A stretch of DNA of 64,000 nt, from assembly GCA_002633005.1 (NCBI GenBank), contig NMRA01000041.1, positions 1 through 64,000 of the forward strand, read 5' to 3'. The notes beneath the pieces were generated by a model, which did no database searches, was not told where the DNA came from, and saw nothing but the letters and a program-made list of their open reading frames with translations. Positions 39,546 to 51,944 of this stretch are shown in pieces. Source of the stretch: Phoronis australis. Lineage: Eukaryota > Animalia > Phoronida. Numbering within the stretch: the stretch's first letter is position 1; the number at the start of each line of letters is the position of its first letter. Position numbers and translations under genes: made by a program.

Positions 39546-40301
39546 CTGCATGAAGGAAACACATCGCAGGCATATTTATCAACACGTGATTACAACAGAA
39601 GATTACCTACCCTAGCTAGTAGTTCTATTTTGTGTGCTGCGGCAGAATTTGAAACACATTCAACAAACCAGGCGGCATAACGGGTTAAAACCTAACGCCA
39701 CTCTATTAGTCTCAGTAGGCCTACTATGCCCATGTTACTTATGAGTGGAAAAAGACAAATGTCATCAGATCATGCAAGGCCGGGTTGATGCGTACTTCAG
39801 TAAGGTAACTGTAAGTATACCCCCGTCCTCGCTTCCATTGGTTAATGTCTTGCTGAAAGTTGAGGTTATGTACACATGTACACTCCAGGACCTTATCGAT
39901 AAGTGTGTGCATTTAGACAACTATCTATAATTCAAGAGAATTATATTTTTAACTTGATAATGGTCTGCTGTTGATTAGATCACGTGACCTTATTTTTGGT
40001 AAAATTTAGCCAATATAATGATGCAATCATAGCAAGAAACAACATGGCCGCCCAGATTTCGCTTAATATAAACGGTTAAGATGAAATTTCATAAACTCTG
40101 TCCCAGTTTGTTAAGTAATCATTTCGTTTCGTTTAATGCACCTTTTCAGTTTCACAAAAAAGTCATAAAACACCTTGCGGATCAATTTAAAATCTGAATT
40201 ACTAAAGGCGTTAAAGATTTAGAGAACAATGCATAAAACATAGTAACTGAATGTTTCAAATGAATCCCGGTCAGCCAATTCTGATATATGCTGTTCCAAA
40301 C

Positions 40302-40889
40302 CTTTGCAGGCTGCGTCTGCTATTTGGTCTACAATTCCAGTTAATGAGTTGAAGTCTTTGCTGCTGAAGAATCGACCAAACGGTGGATGTCCAACAATAT
40401 TTACCAACTCTTGTATAAGAACAGACTGGCCTATACCAATTGCGAAGATATTTGGCACAACGTTTTTACGGGCAATTTCTGCTTCTTGTTTAGTGGAGAG
40501 TTTGTCATTTGACACACCGTCAGTCATCACAATGGCAATATTTGGAGCCCCTTCCCTGTCGCCTCCATGTTTTGTAAAACCTGTTTCCCGCAAAACCTTT
40601 AATGCACCCCCAGTGTTAGCTGTTCCTCCTGTTTGCGATATATTGTTAATGGCTTTCAATGTTGCATCCATCGTTTCCTCACTGCCTAAGGGTATTTCGG
40701 TTCTGACATGCGTTCCATACGTGATCAAGCCAATATGGAATTTGTCAGGGGCAATGGAGAAAGATCTGACGAGGCTTTTAATGAAGTTCTTTGCCAATTC
40801 AAAATCGTGCTTCTTTACACTGTCTGAGGCGTCCAAAACAAAAATCAAATCACCCGCTGCTTCACACCTTGACGTTGGCGGAGTAATAC
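40302..40889 (-). CDS. Gene A: VWA domain 3 exon (588 bp, phase 1-1)
   Basis: ggttag|GT...TGCAAAG|gtttg; DLIFVLDASDS, GGTANTG, AIVMTDG, IFAIGIG. Confidence 0.9.
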
Positions 40890-41229
40890 CTAACCCAAAA
40901 TACATGTTATGAGTAACATAAAAATAGAAAAGCACATTTGAATTGCGTCTTTGAATGAAATAACTGGACAAAAGATGAATTTGTACAACAGCATACTTCT
41001 TCGCACGATACAGTCTCGACTATCATAGATATGTGCCCGTTAATTTGATGTGACACTGTTTTACTAGTCACGCACTGTGTGTATTTTTCTGTAAAATAAG
41101 TTAGCGCATATAAACTATGTTCTGCTGAGCTGGAAACATTCCGTTGAAGCAGAAAGACATTTCCTGGTAAAGCAAAGTCACCCACGTCAACGGAATTCTG
41201 TATCGTGGTACCCGTGAACACCAACTTAC

Positions 41230-41319
41230 TTTTCTGAGTGTTAGGCTTCACTGCTTCTGTCGTCGCAACGGCCATTGTTGGTGTCGTCACCACATTACCA
41301 AGTGAGCCGTGAAGTGCCA
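41230..41319 (-). pseudogene. Gene A: probable spacer exon (90 bp, phase 1-1) whose acceptor reads AT instead of AG
   Basis: Strong donor AAAA|gtaagt; frame ALHGSLGNVVTTPTMAVATTEAVKPNTQK; tgcat|TGGC parallels tgcag|TGGC of the 39545 spacer exon. Confidence 0.5.
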
Positions 41320-41823
41320 ATGCAATAGCAAACCAATCATTTCTTACCATAGAAGACGGAACCTTTTTACAGGACGGGTGACGGCATACGTGTAAACAGT
41401 AAAAATCACCTTTGTTTCAGGGTTGTTTTTTACTGCAGAGTGATAAGCCTTGTTTTGAGACGTTTCCAGTCACCCGGATAGGTAAACTCAATTAGGCAGT
41501 GAGACGAGTTTTTATGACCTCTAGAAAATACTTTTTGTGATTACTTTGGAGGACAATTTATTTCTTATGTAAAAAGCATAGCTAGGACGTAATAGCACTG
41601 AGGCTACATCGTAAATTAAAGTTATAAGGTTTCACCGATCTGGCATCTGATGAGTAAAGTCGTGATTGTTTCAACGCTCAGTACCCACAACTACCAGAGC
41701 GTTATTACAAGCATGTAGCAAGTCTTCATGAAATGGTGAAATATTTTATACTGTTCGCTCGATCAGCTGTTCTCTCCATCGAAAATATTGGGGTACGCCG
41801 GGATTTCCTAACGACAACGGAAC

Positions 41824-41987
41824 AATTGACCTATCGCAAGCTCCGCCCACTTGCGAAATGTCGACAAACAAACATTAAGTTTTACCGGTTACATGTTGCT
41901 TGTCGAGTAAAATGGCGGCTTGGAAAGAATGCTGCGTTCTAATTGGTCTGTTAAGCCATCACTCAAAATCCTGGCAATAGGTCAATT
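41824..41987. mobile_element. MITE with TIRs AATTGACCTATCGC / GCAATAGGTCAATT
   Basis: Near-perfect 14-bp TIR; inverted relative at 9437-9610. Confidence 0.8.
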
Positions 41988-42079
41988 CATAGGCGGCAAT
42001 ATGTGCAATGCTTTTGTACTTATATTTTAAAGTGATCATTTCAGGGCATAATTTAATATCGCTGTGTTTCTTGGCCTCT

Positions 42080-43030
42080 ACTCCAAATACGTTCTGTCAT
42101 TTCCATTTTAGCTTTACATTAGAAAAAAATAAAGAATTGGTCTAAGAGGCTAGCATTTTTTAAAAGAACCATTGGAACCGTCCACAATTAAATCATTGTC
42201 ATCGGCATATCGCACGAAGTTGATGACATATGTTCCCTACACCATTGTTAACAATTTCCCTATTCAGACGCACCATTAATACCTTAATATCTGCACACAT
42301 GAAGAGATGCGGAGAGTTTGAATGACCCCCTGTCGGCACCCCCAGCTAATTCCACAGTATTCTGAAGTGAAATATATGCTGAATCGCGGAGAGACGAGAA
42401 TTTGCATTTAGAAGACGAACCTAATTGGGAAAAAGTTCACTGCAATGAAATATAGGTGTTTTATACAGGAAAATCCATTAAATTTAATCAAGGTCTTCTC
42501 GAAGTCGACAAATACGATAAGGCCTGGAACATTATATTCTTCTATATTTTGCATTAAGTCATCAATTTTATCGTGTTCTCAATTGTGTATTTCCGCGTCT
42601 TTCATCTTTTTTTATTATTATTCACAATTCAGCTAATTATCAACTTCAATCGTTGAACAAGACAGTCTAATACCATTTGATAACTAGTATTGAATAAAAA
42701 ACATGGAGAGCCAGTTTGTAAGGTGTTTTCTTTGGTTTTGTTCCCTTCGACAGAAGAGAAATCCCGCCTTAATTTTGACTCACAGTTAAAAGGCCATTCA
42801 TAAAGCAACACTGACAGGTCATTCCAAAAAGTATAAAATTCAGCGGAGAAGCCATCTGGGCCTAGCGATTTATTGTTTTCTCTCTAATGGTAAAGCCTCA
42901 TCAACAGAAACTGGCCTATCCCAACTGTCACTTAATAAAACATTCAAATTAACGCCATCTAATTAATCACCTCCACTTTACTTTTATACAACAATTTGTG
43001 AAAAATGCTTATTTCCAAATAGAGCCCTTC
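42080..43030 (-). mobile_element. Heavily decayed L1/Tx1-type LINE RT fragment
   Basis: Minus-strand remnants KSLGPDGFSAEFY (about 42850), PGLIVFVDFEKT (about 42510), GCRQG (about 42335), VRYADD (about 42205). Confidence 0.8.
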
Positions 43031-43519
43031 ATGCTTCATATCCAACTGCTGGTTAGTTCTTACCAAGTCCGACGGTTGCGCTGTTTGTTCTTTCTCTCCA
43101 GCTTCCTGTTGGCCCAGCCTCAAGCAACAGTACATTCACTCGAAAGTTTTCCTAATTAGACAAGTTTATACCTCTCCCGCCCTCCCTACCCGGGGTACCA
43201 CAAAATTTCACGTCAACCGTTTTCTACCTTTACCACGCTCCATCCCTTTTGCCGAACAAAATCTGCTGTTGGTTATTGTTGTTTTTACAGCCACTGCTGG
43301 TACCTTCTTCAAGCCCGGAGCGTGTTACCGTCAGGCAAGAACCGACGTCATTGGCTAGCGACCAGACCTGTACTTGAGCGTCCATTACTGCAGCTTGCTT
43401 TTCTCCACCCCGGTCACAGCTCTCGGCACATACTGAGCCACAACACCACGTTTCTTACAATATCTCTTTTTATCACTCCGGCTGGTCTGCTCACTCAGCT
43501 TGTCCGGAACCTGCTTTGC

Positions 43520-43745
43520 AGGTTGTTATAGCCCAGTTGGCTGTTTGGTGTACCCACTTGGTACTTTATATGATATTTGCCCATTTGGCAGTTTGTACCC
43601 ACTTGGTACTTGTTATTGAATTTGCCGCTTTGCTCGACCCAGTTGGTAGGCAATCGGCCAATACCCATTTGGTATTATGTACCCATTTGGTACTATGCTA
43701 ACCTGTGCCACTTAGTATCCGATACTCAGTTACAAATTGGGTATC
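43520..43745. repeat. Degenerate minisatellite built on (T)ACCCA(C/T)TTGG(TA)
   Basis: About eight spaced copies such as TACCCACTTGGTACT, TACCCATTTGGTA, GCCCAGTTGG. Confidence 0.65.
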
Positions 43746-46614
43746 GGAAATGTGTGTGTTATCTCTTGTAATTAAGGAACCCATCTGGTTCCTTCTGTGA
43801 AATATTTATTTGTAGAGCTGTGACCCTGAAGTCCCCAATACAACTTAAAATATTTATTGTTCTTGTTGTTTTATTTGTCCCCAATAACAGTTGAAACTGG
43901 TCTGCAATTGTTTTTCCAATTCAGTCGATCAATTTTGTAATATTTTTGTTAATATAGTTTCTATTTTTCATTTGAAAAAATATTTTGATAACATTATCGC
44001 CATACTCAATCCATCTTTGTGTTTGCAACTGATGGCTCCTTGTCTGCCGGCAACAATCGCGCTGGATGAGGCTACTACATCTGCTCTGGCAATATCACAA
44101 TAAGATGCCACAGCATACAGTGTATACACCACCAGCACTCGCATGGAATTTGAGGCCATTTAGCGTACTTTCGTCAGTCTCTCTGAGCTGGATCTGGCTC
44201 AGGGCATTGTCAGCTTTGCATCCGACTCTATGACTGCCCTGTCTGAGATATTCTCCAACAACATGCCAACTTACTGGACCATTTTCCGTGCCAACCATCC
44301 ATCCCGTGCTGTGGTGTGGACCTATGTGCCTGGTCATACCGGCGTCCAAGTGAATAAAGGAGTGGGTCACTGGGGCATCTAACGGAAACAGCCCTTTCAA
44401 TTTGCATGTCTCCGACATCAAGCTTTTGGCTAAGCACTCTTCCACCGTCAACATGAAACAGAGAGCGTCTATCTATGGCGACGAGACCCGCATCCTGAAC
44501 TCTGGAATTTTATTTGCAACCTGTGCCTCAAGCTTGTCCAGGGGAATAACGAGGCGACGGAAAAAATCGACAACTAACAGGCAACATCAGTATTGGGAAT
44601 TTGCATCTCCTGCCGTCAAGACGGAAGTGCAATGCGAATATTTGTGCCGCCGCACATCGTCTATGACCCTGTCTGCGACACGTAAGTTTCAAGTAATTTA
44701 ACGAAGGTCGAATAGTTTTATCAAAAACAGGTGAACGTATCATGTTTCTAAACCTTTTATGCGCCTATTGGTCTTTCTTTTTCTGATTAAATTGATTCGT
44801 TTTATGGTAAGTATTGAGCAAGAGTATTTCAAAATACAAAAAAATCTAAATTTGAATTCAATTCATCTGAAATCTTCAAAACAAAAGTTGCATCTCTACT
44901 TACAAATCATGGCCACATAATCTAATATTACATTTCTAACCAACTCCACATACTGAGTGTCTTTGAAGAGGCGTGGAACGCGAAAACTCGTCAAAAAGAT
45001 CTTTTAAACAATTCCTGGGGGAAGTACCATCACGCAACGTCTAGTATAGAGTAATTCACTTTCTCCTGTGAAGAGATTTTTAGAAAAAATCACGGGACGG
45101 GGATGATAGGTGGTACATATGAAGGGTGGCACCAAATGAATGCCAACCGTCACCATTAGTATTATCATCGTCGTCATCATAATTAAAATCATTAAATATT
45201 GATGACGGAATCGATAAAAAGCAAAAGCGTGCACAACCTGGGTCACTCGACAAGTAAGCAAGGAATGTTCAGTCGATAAAAAACGGTCGTTGGAAAATCT
45301 CAAGAACAGTCAGTCGTAGAGAAAAATAGATAAACTGTCGTGTAGCGCCTAGCGAGACCCACCCATGTACCAAGAATCGCCGAACAACGCCGGAATTACG
45401 GCACGGCAAACAAAATTTTTGAAGCAATAGTGACCACAGCGAGACCTTACGTCTGATTTAAATTCAGCTGTTCTCGAGATAGTATGAAATCCCGTTTGGT
45501 AAGCAAATGTCTAGTAAGTCGAACCAAAAATGTAAAAAATAACAAAGAGGGTAGTTATAAAATCCTTCATGTGCTAAATGATGGGTTAATTAGCTAAGTA
45601 GTCAACTAATTAACTTGTAACTTCAAATAAGTTATTGTGTAATGGTAACGCTAAAAGGAAATGGACCAGATAATTTTCCGTCCGTGAGAGTTGTACCCGT
45701 GTCGGCTGTCCCCTGCTAACATCTCATTTAATTCAAACGCTACATTTTCATGTAAAACACGGGAAATAAAATACGTGCTTGTGGAAAAGTCAAAACTTTG
45801 ATATCTTGTAAAGCTTGGCTTCGTATTTGTAACAGGTGACTCAATAATCACTCGCCGTGCAGCATTGAAATAAGTGTGGGGCTACAGCTGCCAACCCCCA
45901 ACCCCCCTATGGTACGCCGCTCATGATACAACAAATAAAAACCCATCGCAGCGTTTTGACCAATTTTTATCTTATGTTTCACCAACTTTTCACGATTAAT
46001 TCATTTCAGAATGGAAACACGTTAAAGAAGTTTCTGTCCTTGACATTTCAGTTTTGATCAGCTCATGTTTTATTACAGTGAAGACATGTTCACTAATGCG
46101 ATAATTGCAATACACATAGGAGTTTCGTGATATCAAGGGAGCACGGCGACAACATTTTCCCCGATTGATATAGAGAAAACTTGTCCGACTACAATAAACC
46201 ACTGAACGGCAGCGTTTCCTCAGGATTACATTAAAAAGTGACGTCACCTGCACGAATAACGATTGTGACCAATATCAAGTGGACAGGACCCGCACAACTT
46301 CGACGACCTACCAAAGAAGGGGTCTATCGCCGCTCAGGTCAGGTTAACAGTGATGTCACTCAAAAATCTATCTCTGTTCTACAAAGACCGCCGCACTTGG
46401 TCGAAAATGTTAAAAGCGGTGCTTAAGTACACTCGAATTTTAACAAGTGAACGTATCTGGATGAGTTTCCCAACAGTTGGATGAAACTATGGCGATTTTA
46501 GAACACATACCGAAAAGGCATTTTTATTAATCATTTGCTTAAATGTTTTGCAGCTAGTAAATGCCTCTTCGACATCTTTAAATAAACTAGTTCCAGGAAA
46601 AGGGAAGTAATTAC

Positions 46615-47176
46615 CTTGACAAGTCTGTTTTGCTATTTTGTCCTCGACTTTCGACAAATCCTTAAAATTTGTCACTGCAGTCGCCCATTCGCTAGCCGGC
46701 TTATTGACCACTTTGTCAAGCTCATTGAGAACCAAAGACAATCCAATCCCAATACCCATGATGTGGGCCACATTGATCTTCCGTGCAGTGTCTGCTTCAA
46801 GTACGGTTTCATCGCTTCTATCAGACACCCATCAGTAACCAATATGGCAATATTTCGAGCGTCGACTCTGTCACCATGTTTTAGCTTGAACGCTTCCTCT
46901 CGCATAAGTTTCAACCTCCTACGTAAGCAGTGTTTCTGACGGCCAAAATCAAGTCCTCCTTTCTGGTGAATTTGTTCAAGTGAAACTGTATGTGTGCATC
47001 GTCATTAAACACTATTAAGCCGACTTGAAAGTCATGTTTCCCAATCGTAAATGTCTTGATGATATCAACAATAAAGGCCTTGCATAACTGGAAGTGTTCT
47101 TCCTCAACGCTAAAAGAGCTATCAAGCAGAAATACGACGTCGGCCTTGGCAATGCAGTTCTTAGGGAGTGATTCCG
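46615..47176 (-). pseudogene. Gene A: VWA domain 2 exon, broken by two frameshifting deletions (562 bp versus 585 bp in VWA1)
   Basis: ccccag|CG...TCAAG|gtaat; domain split over three frames: ..LDSSFS..AYVGG* / KLMREE..LVTDG / SDRSDETV..QTCQ. Confidence 0.85.
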
Positions 47177-47884
47177 CTGGGGTAGAAAACATTGGCAAGA
47201 TTTATTTTTAGGGTATCAAGGTATATCTAGTTGATGACGGAACTCCTTGTACGTTGTGATGCGTCCGTGTGACCAAGTAATGTATTTTTAGTAAAATTTA
47301 ATTAAGAAGAAAGGTACATTCATAGCAAAGCAACTCTAACAATATTGAAAACTCAAAAACTATGTTACAGTTTTTTTAAAAATGTCATTTAGTATTCGTT
47401 TCATGCAACTTTTTTTCATGTAAACCATAGAAGTCCTATTTTGATGGCCTCTCATGCAAACTTAGGTAAAACATTTTAAAAAGTCCTATTGCAGGAAAGT
47501 GCATAAAACGTACCAGTTGGATGTTTTATGATTCAGATCATCCATTTAGGAGATACAGTGTATGATGTCCCGAATATAGCCAAATTTGGACATTTCTTAC
47601 ATAACATTAAATGAACGTTTAACAAGCCCTAAACGCGAATCTGAAAGGTGTGCAAGGCGGTCCGGACAACCTCCTCGGTCACTTTTTCACTACTATAAGG
47701 TACCCCCTATGTCTATTCATTGCCATATCCCGTCGGGTCATGATCCTGGCTCCGCGCCTGAATCTGGCTCTTATTTAAGAGCAATCGTTCGTTATGATGC
47801 CTAACTTAGAATAGTTAATACATAGATGCGTGTGTTGTCCAGAAGTGAAATATATGAAATAAGCACAGGAAAATCAGGAACCCT

Positions 47885-47947
47885 AACATGGAGTCGAACC
47901 ACAGGTCGCTAGACTACTGGTCTAGTGCCCTTACCACTGAGCTACAG
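47885..47947 (-). repeat. tRNA-derived SINE head or tRNA pseudogene
   Basis: Minus strand GTAGCTCAGTGGTAAGGGCACTAGACCAGTAGTCTAGCGACCTGTGGTTCGACTCC: A box, CTAGA/TCTAG anticodon-like stem, B box; no proper acceptor stem. Confidence 0.65.
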
Positions 47948-48319
47948 ACGACTCGGTATCTGTGCAATTACTGTTTGCAGCCAACGGTTATGTCATCCAC
48001 GCCATGAGTAGCATTTCACATACTGGTAAAGTTACTCGAGGTCTGGGTTCGAGTCCCACCAGGTCACACTGCTAAACCCTTGAGCCAGGTTTCTAGCTCC
48101 TCAGCTCGGTTTTAACCATATATGAATAAAGTATAAAATAGTTTCAGGTGATCAGTGCAATGGGCCTACATGCGAGGCCTGCGCACGTCTGGTACAACGT
48201 GAGACCACTAGCAAGTGTTTTTTGTGTTACTAAAATTCTGTTTGTCTAAATATTGTGTGAAAAGTGGGATGGATGACATGACAGTTGGCTTCAAGCAGTA
48301 ACTGCGGTTACTGGATCCT

Positions 48320-48368
48320 CAGTAGCTCAGTGGTAAGAGCATTAGACTGGCAATGAAAAGACCTCTGT
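48320..48368 (+). repeat. Partial tRNA-like/SINE head, opposite orientation to 47885-47947
   Basis: GTAGCTCAGTGGTAAGAGCATTAGACTGG; a separate B-box-like GGGTTCGAGTCCC lies at about 48045. Confidence 0.55.
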
Positions 48369-48426
48369 TTTTACCTAACTTAGGAAGGAATTCGTTGAGC
48401 ATCCAGTTGGCACCTGCTAACTTTAC

Positions 48427-48669
48427 CTGTTGTTCTCTGTTTCGTTCTCGTTCCCGCTGTTGACGTTGTTGTTCTCAGGCCTGTAGTCCTTGGTGTTGCA
48501 ACTGTTCTTGTTGGTCTCTCTGTTGTTGAAACCACCGTTGTAGGAGTGGTTGTTTGCCTCATTGCTCTGGTTGTTGTTGTTGCTGCTCTTGTGGTTGTTG
48601 TTGCTGCTGTTGTTGTTGTTGTTGCTGCTGTTGTTGTTGACCGCGTCGTTATTCTTACTTTAACGGCGA
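48427..48669 (-). CDS. Gene A: long Thr/Arg-rich mucin-like exon (243 bp, phase 1-1)
   Basis: gatttcag|TC...ACAG|gtaaag; AVKVRITTRSTTTAATTTTTAATTTTRAATTTTRAMRQTTTPTT..KQRTT. Confidence 0.85.
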
Positions 48670-50033
48670 CTGAAATCAATGACAGTAACACCTTTGGTTA
48701 CAGCCGGTGAGATTCTCTAGTCCGTGGGAGATCATGGGTCTGTATTAACTTAAGGTTTTTGATAACTTGATAACATGTTCAAGAAGCCACGTTATTAATA
48801 TACATTCGTCGGTGAAAGATGACTGTACCCTTCTTGACACACGTAGAGCATGATATTGTACAGTCATTCTTGACAGACTTCATAACTGAGCGGCTATATC
48901 ATTTATCAGCGTGGTACAAGTGTTCAGCAATAAACGATGAGAAAGGGTTGTGACAGTGGCGGCACGCGTCATTGTGTGATAAGGCCCCACCAGAGACTTG
49001 AGATCACGACTTCGTGCTAACACATCAAGTCTATCAAGAACAATTTGAAATACTTCTCAGGGAGAACCTATTTAAAATAAACAGATAAAAACAATGAACA
49101 CGAGCACGAACGCTCGCAAACACGCAGACACACACCGTTTGCCCTGAAATTGAGCGCATGTGCACAATTTTTGAGCTGCAACTTAGTGCGGGACTTTCGA
49201 GTAGAACTTGCCTTGATTACGGTGCTCTGCAACAAGGCAAAAGGCTTTTTAAAAAATTAAGCTATGAGTTTGAAAACAGTTATTTTTTAGTATTCGACCA
49301 ATACCTTTGTATTTCTCTCGCAGTGTCAATGACAACACATGCTGTGTTAAATAAAATAATCCAGTTTGTGTGTTTTAAAAAATCAATGTGCACCTATAGA
49401 CTAAACGGAGAACCGTGGGCGCTTAATTGCGGAATTTATGCTCATGTGTCTTTGTGCGAGACATCTGAGTGGATAACCTTGCGGGAAAACTGCATTGTTT
49501 CCCATAGGCAAATGTGCTTATTTGCAGGGTTATACGATATATGTATACTATAGGGGTAGGACGATTCACATTTTTAGGAATTCGATTCCATTCTTGTTAG
49601 GAGGAATTCAACTGAATTGTCTTCGTTTCGATTCTTGTTTGTCAAATCAATTCATTTTTCTCAAGCATATAAGTAGTTAACATGCCAGTCGCCCTGAATT
49701 TTAGCAACAAAATTGTTTTAAACATTTTGACAGATTCCAGCTCACCAACGATCCTGAACTGTTTATTTAATAACCCAATAATACTCTTCAAAAAGAACCA
49801 GTAATTTGTAACTTTGTAATAAACCTAACGGCGAAAATTGGAACTAAGAATCCAGTCGAAGGATCCTTACTGTATGAATCGGTCGCTCTCGCATCGCAAC
49901 TTAACTTCAAGGTATCCTCTTTAGTCGTACTTAAGATAAATGCACCAAGAGGGCATATCATTTGTTAAACAATGACCATCGTCTCTATCCAGCAGAGGTA
50001 ATGGTCACTTCCTAATCATGTGTTAGAGAATAC

Positions 50034-50618
50034 CTTTGCATGCTTGCTGAGCAACCCTGTCCTTTATTCCGGCCAAATCACTGAACTCCTTCGCCATGGC
50101 TACCCATTCAGCCGTTGGTTTATTAGCCACCTCTTCCAACTCTAACGGCATGGTGCTAAAGCCTATTCCTATGGCCATGATGTAAGGTACAATCTTCAAC
50201 GACCTCGCTTTCCCAGCTTCATCTATTGTTTCTAAAGGGGAATTTGAAATCCCGTCCGTTATTAGGATGGCTATGTTCGGTGCATTTGGACGGTCACCAT
50301 TTTGAGGAAGATACATCTCCTCTCTCATCATTTTGATAGCGGCGTGTGTTGCCGTCGTTCCCCCGTCGTAAGGGATTCTCCTTACAGCGGACACGATGTC
50401 GTTTTTCTTGTTGTACGCATTCAAATGGAATTGTAAATGCGCATCTCCGTTCAAAAGTACCAGTCCCACTTGGATGTCATGTACACCAATTGTAAAGCTG
50501 TTGATGACGTCAGCAATAAAACTCTTGGACAGGTCGAAATTGGCTGTTCCTACACTCTGCGAACTGTCCAATAAGAAAACGACGTCTGCTTTTGCGCGGC
50601 ATTCAGGAGCCGATGTAG
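50034..50618 (-). CDS. Gene A: VWA domain 1 exon (585 bp, phase 1-1)
   Basis: attttcag|CT...TGCAAAG|gtatt; CRAKADVVFLLDSSQS, GGTTAT, AILITDG, IMAIGIG, terminal ACK. Confidence 0.9.
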
Positions 50619-51944
50619 CTGAAAATGAGAATCGTTATCTGTTGAAACGTTGTCGAACGATGGAAAAATGTGCAATGCTTCTACTCTTTAACACGGTAGA
50701 ATAACTCAAATATTCGTTGGAGCTGGACACAACGAAATGCCAAAATCGAATAAAACGTGTATTTCGAACACTTATGGTGTTACACATGCAGCCTTCTGTG
50801 ATATGACACACCAGCCTCGCCCCCCAAGCCTCAAGATGGCGGTTTAGCTATTTGAGACTTGGTTATGGAATATGAAATGTGTCTGACACGTTTTTATGGA
50901 AATCACCGTAATATCACGAGTAATATATTTTTGAAATTTTCTGCAATTATATATAAACATGAAAAATAACGGCATATTCCAGCAATTTAAGTCAAAATTA
51001 TTGCAAAAAGGATGTATTTTGAACCTAAAACAGATTAATTTCTATAATTCTATAAATGAAAAAAAGAATTGAAAATAAGTTCGCGAACAACCTTTATTTC
51101 AGACAATAACCAAAACAATGGCTTTTGCTTCATGAACGGCAGCAACAACGCCAGTTTACAGTATTGAAACAGAGTGAAAAACCTATTTGCGATGGGTACA
51201 TGACGCAGCCTATCGAGGACAGGCTGGCCAACTCTGTCGGCATTTTCTTTCCTTGTCAGTTCTCCGAATGATGTAATTGTGAATGAAAAGCATGTAATAT
51301 CATCACATGGAGACGTGGGAGACGCATTTTGTGTCACCTATCAGTAACTTGGGTAGCATGCAGTCAGTTAGAAGGAAATGTCTCTTCTTTGGAGTCTAAT
51401 ATTGTTTCCCATTATTTGGTGGGCGATTTTTCAGTAGTAATGATCACGCGTCGTTAAATTGTTAAATAGTGACAATTATAAGCTCGTTTCCGTTTCAAAG
51501 CTACATGTAAACACATGAATGAAACTAGGTGAAAGCACGGACTACGAGAATCCCGTATCCAACGGTAAAACACAATAAAATCTCAAATTTTCAAAGTTCC
51601 TAGAATCGTGGGTAGCCATGTAATAGTTTGGGGATAACAGCATTAGTAGGTAAGCACAATACGGCAAAGAGTTCATCACTACAAAAGGTCTGTTTTACCG
51701 TCGCTATTTTTGGACGATAGATGCACTACCTGCTTGTTTTGGTGAGGTTATGTTTTCGTAAACCTTTGGCTCTCCATGTACATATTTAGTGGTATTCTGA
51801 TAACATGCACGAGTTTTAGTTAAGTTTGCTTTATTGCTGTCGTTCGTTTACACGTTAATTTTTACATTTCTTCTGTGTTCATTTACCATTGTACATGTGT
51901 CATCGAACAAACAAATGAAAAATCTCACGAAATTAACTTTAGAT

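Noticed and set aside
43520-43745. Spaced short repeats superficially like a CRISPR array
   Set aside because: Eukaryotic context, degenerate units, irregular spacing, no cas genes
47885-47947. Functional tRNA-Thr(AGT) gene
   Set aside because: Acceptor stem does not pair and the anticodon loop is non-canonical; treated as a SINE or pseudogene
9813-50704. Plus-strand ORFs at 9813, 38757, 40304, 46616 and 50396 that resemble each other
   Set aside because: Antisense shadows of the VWA exons
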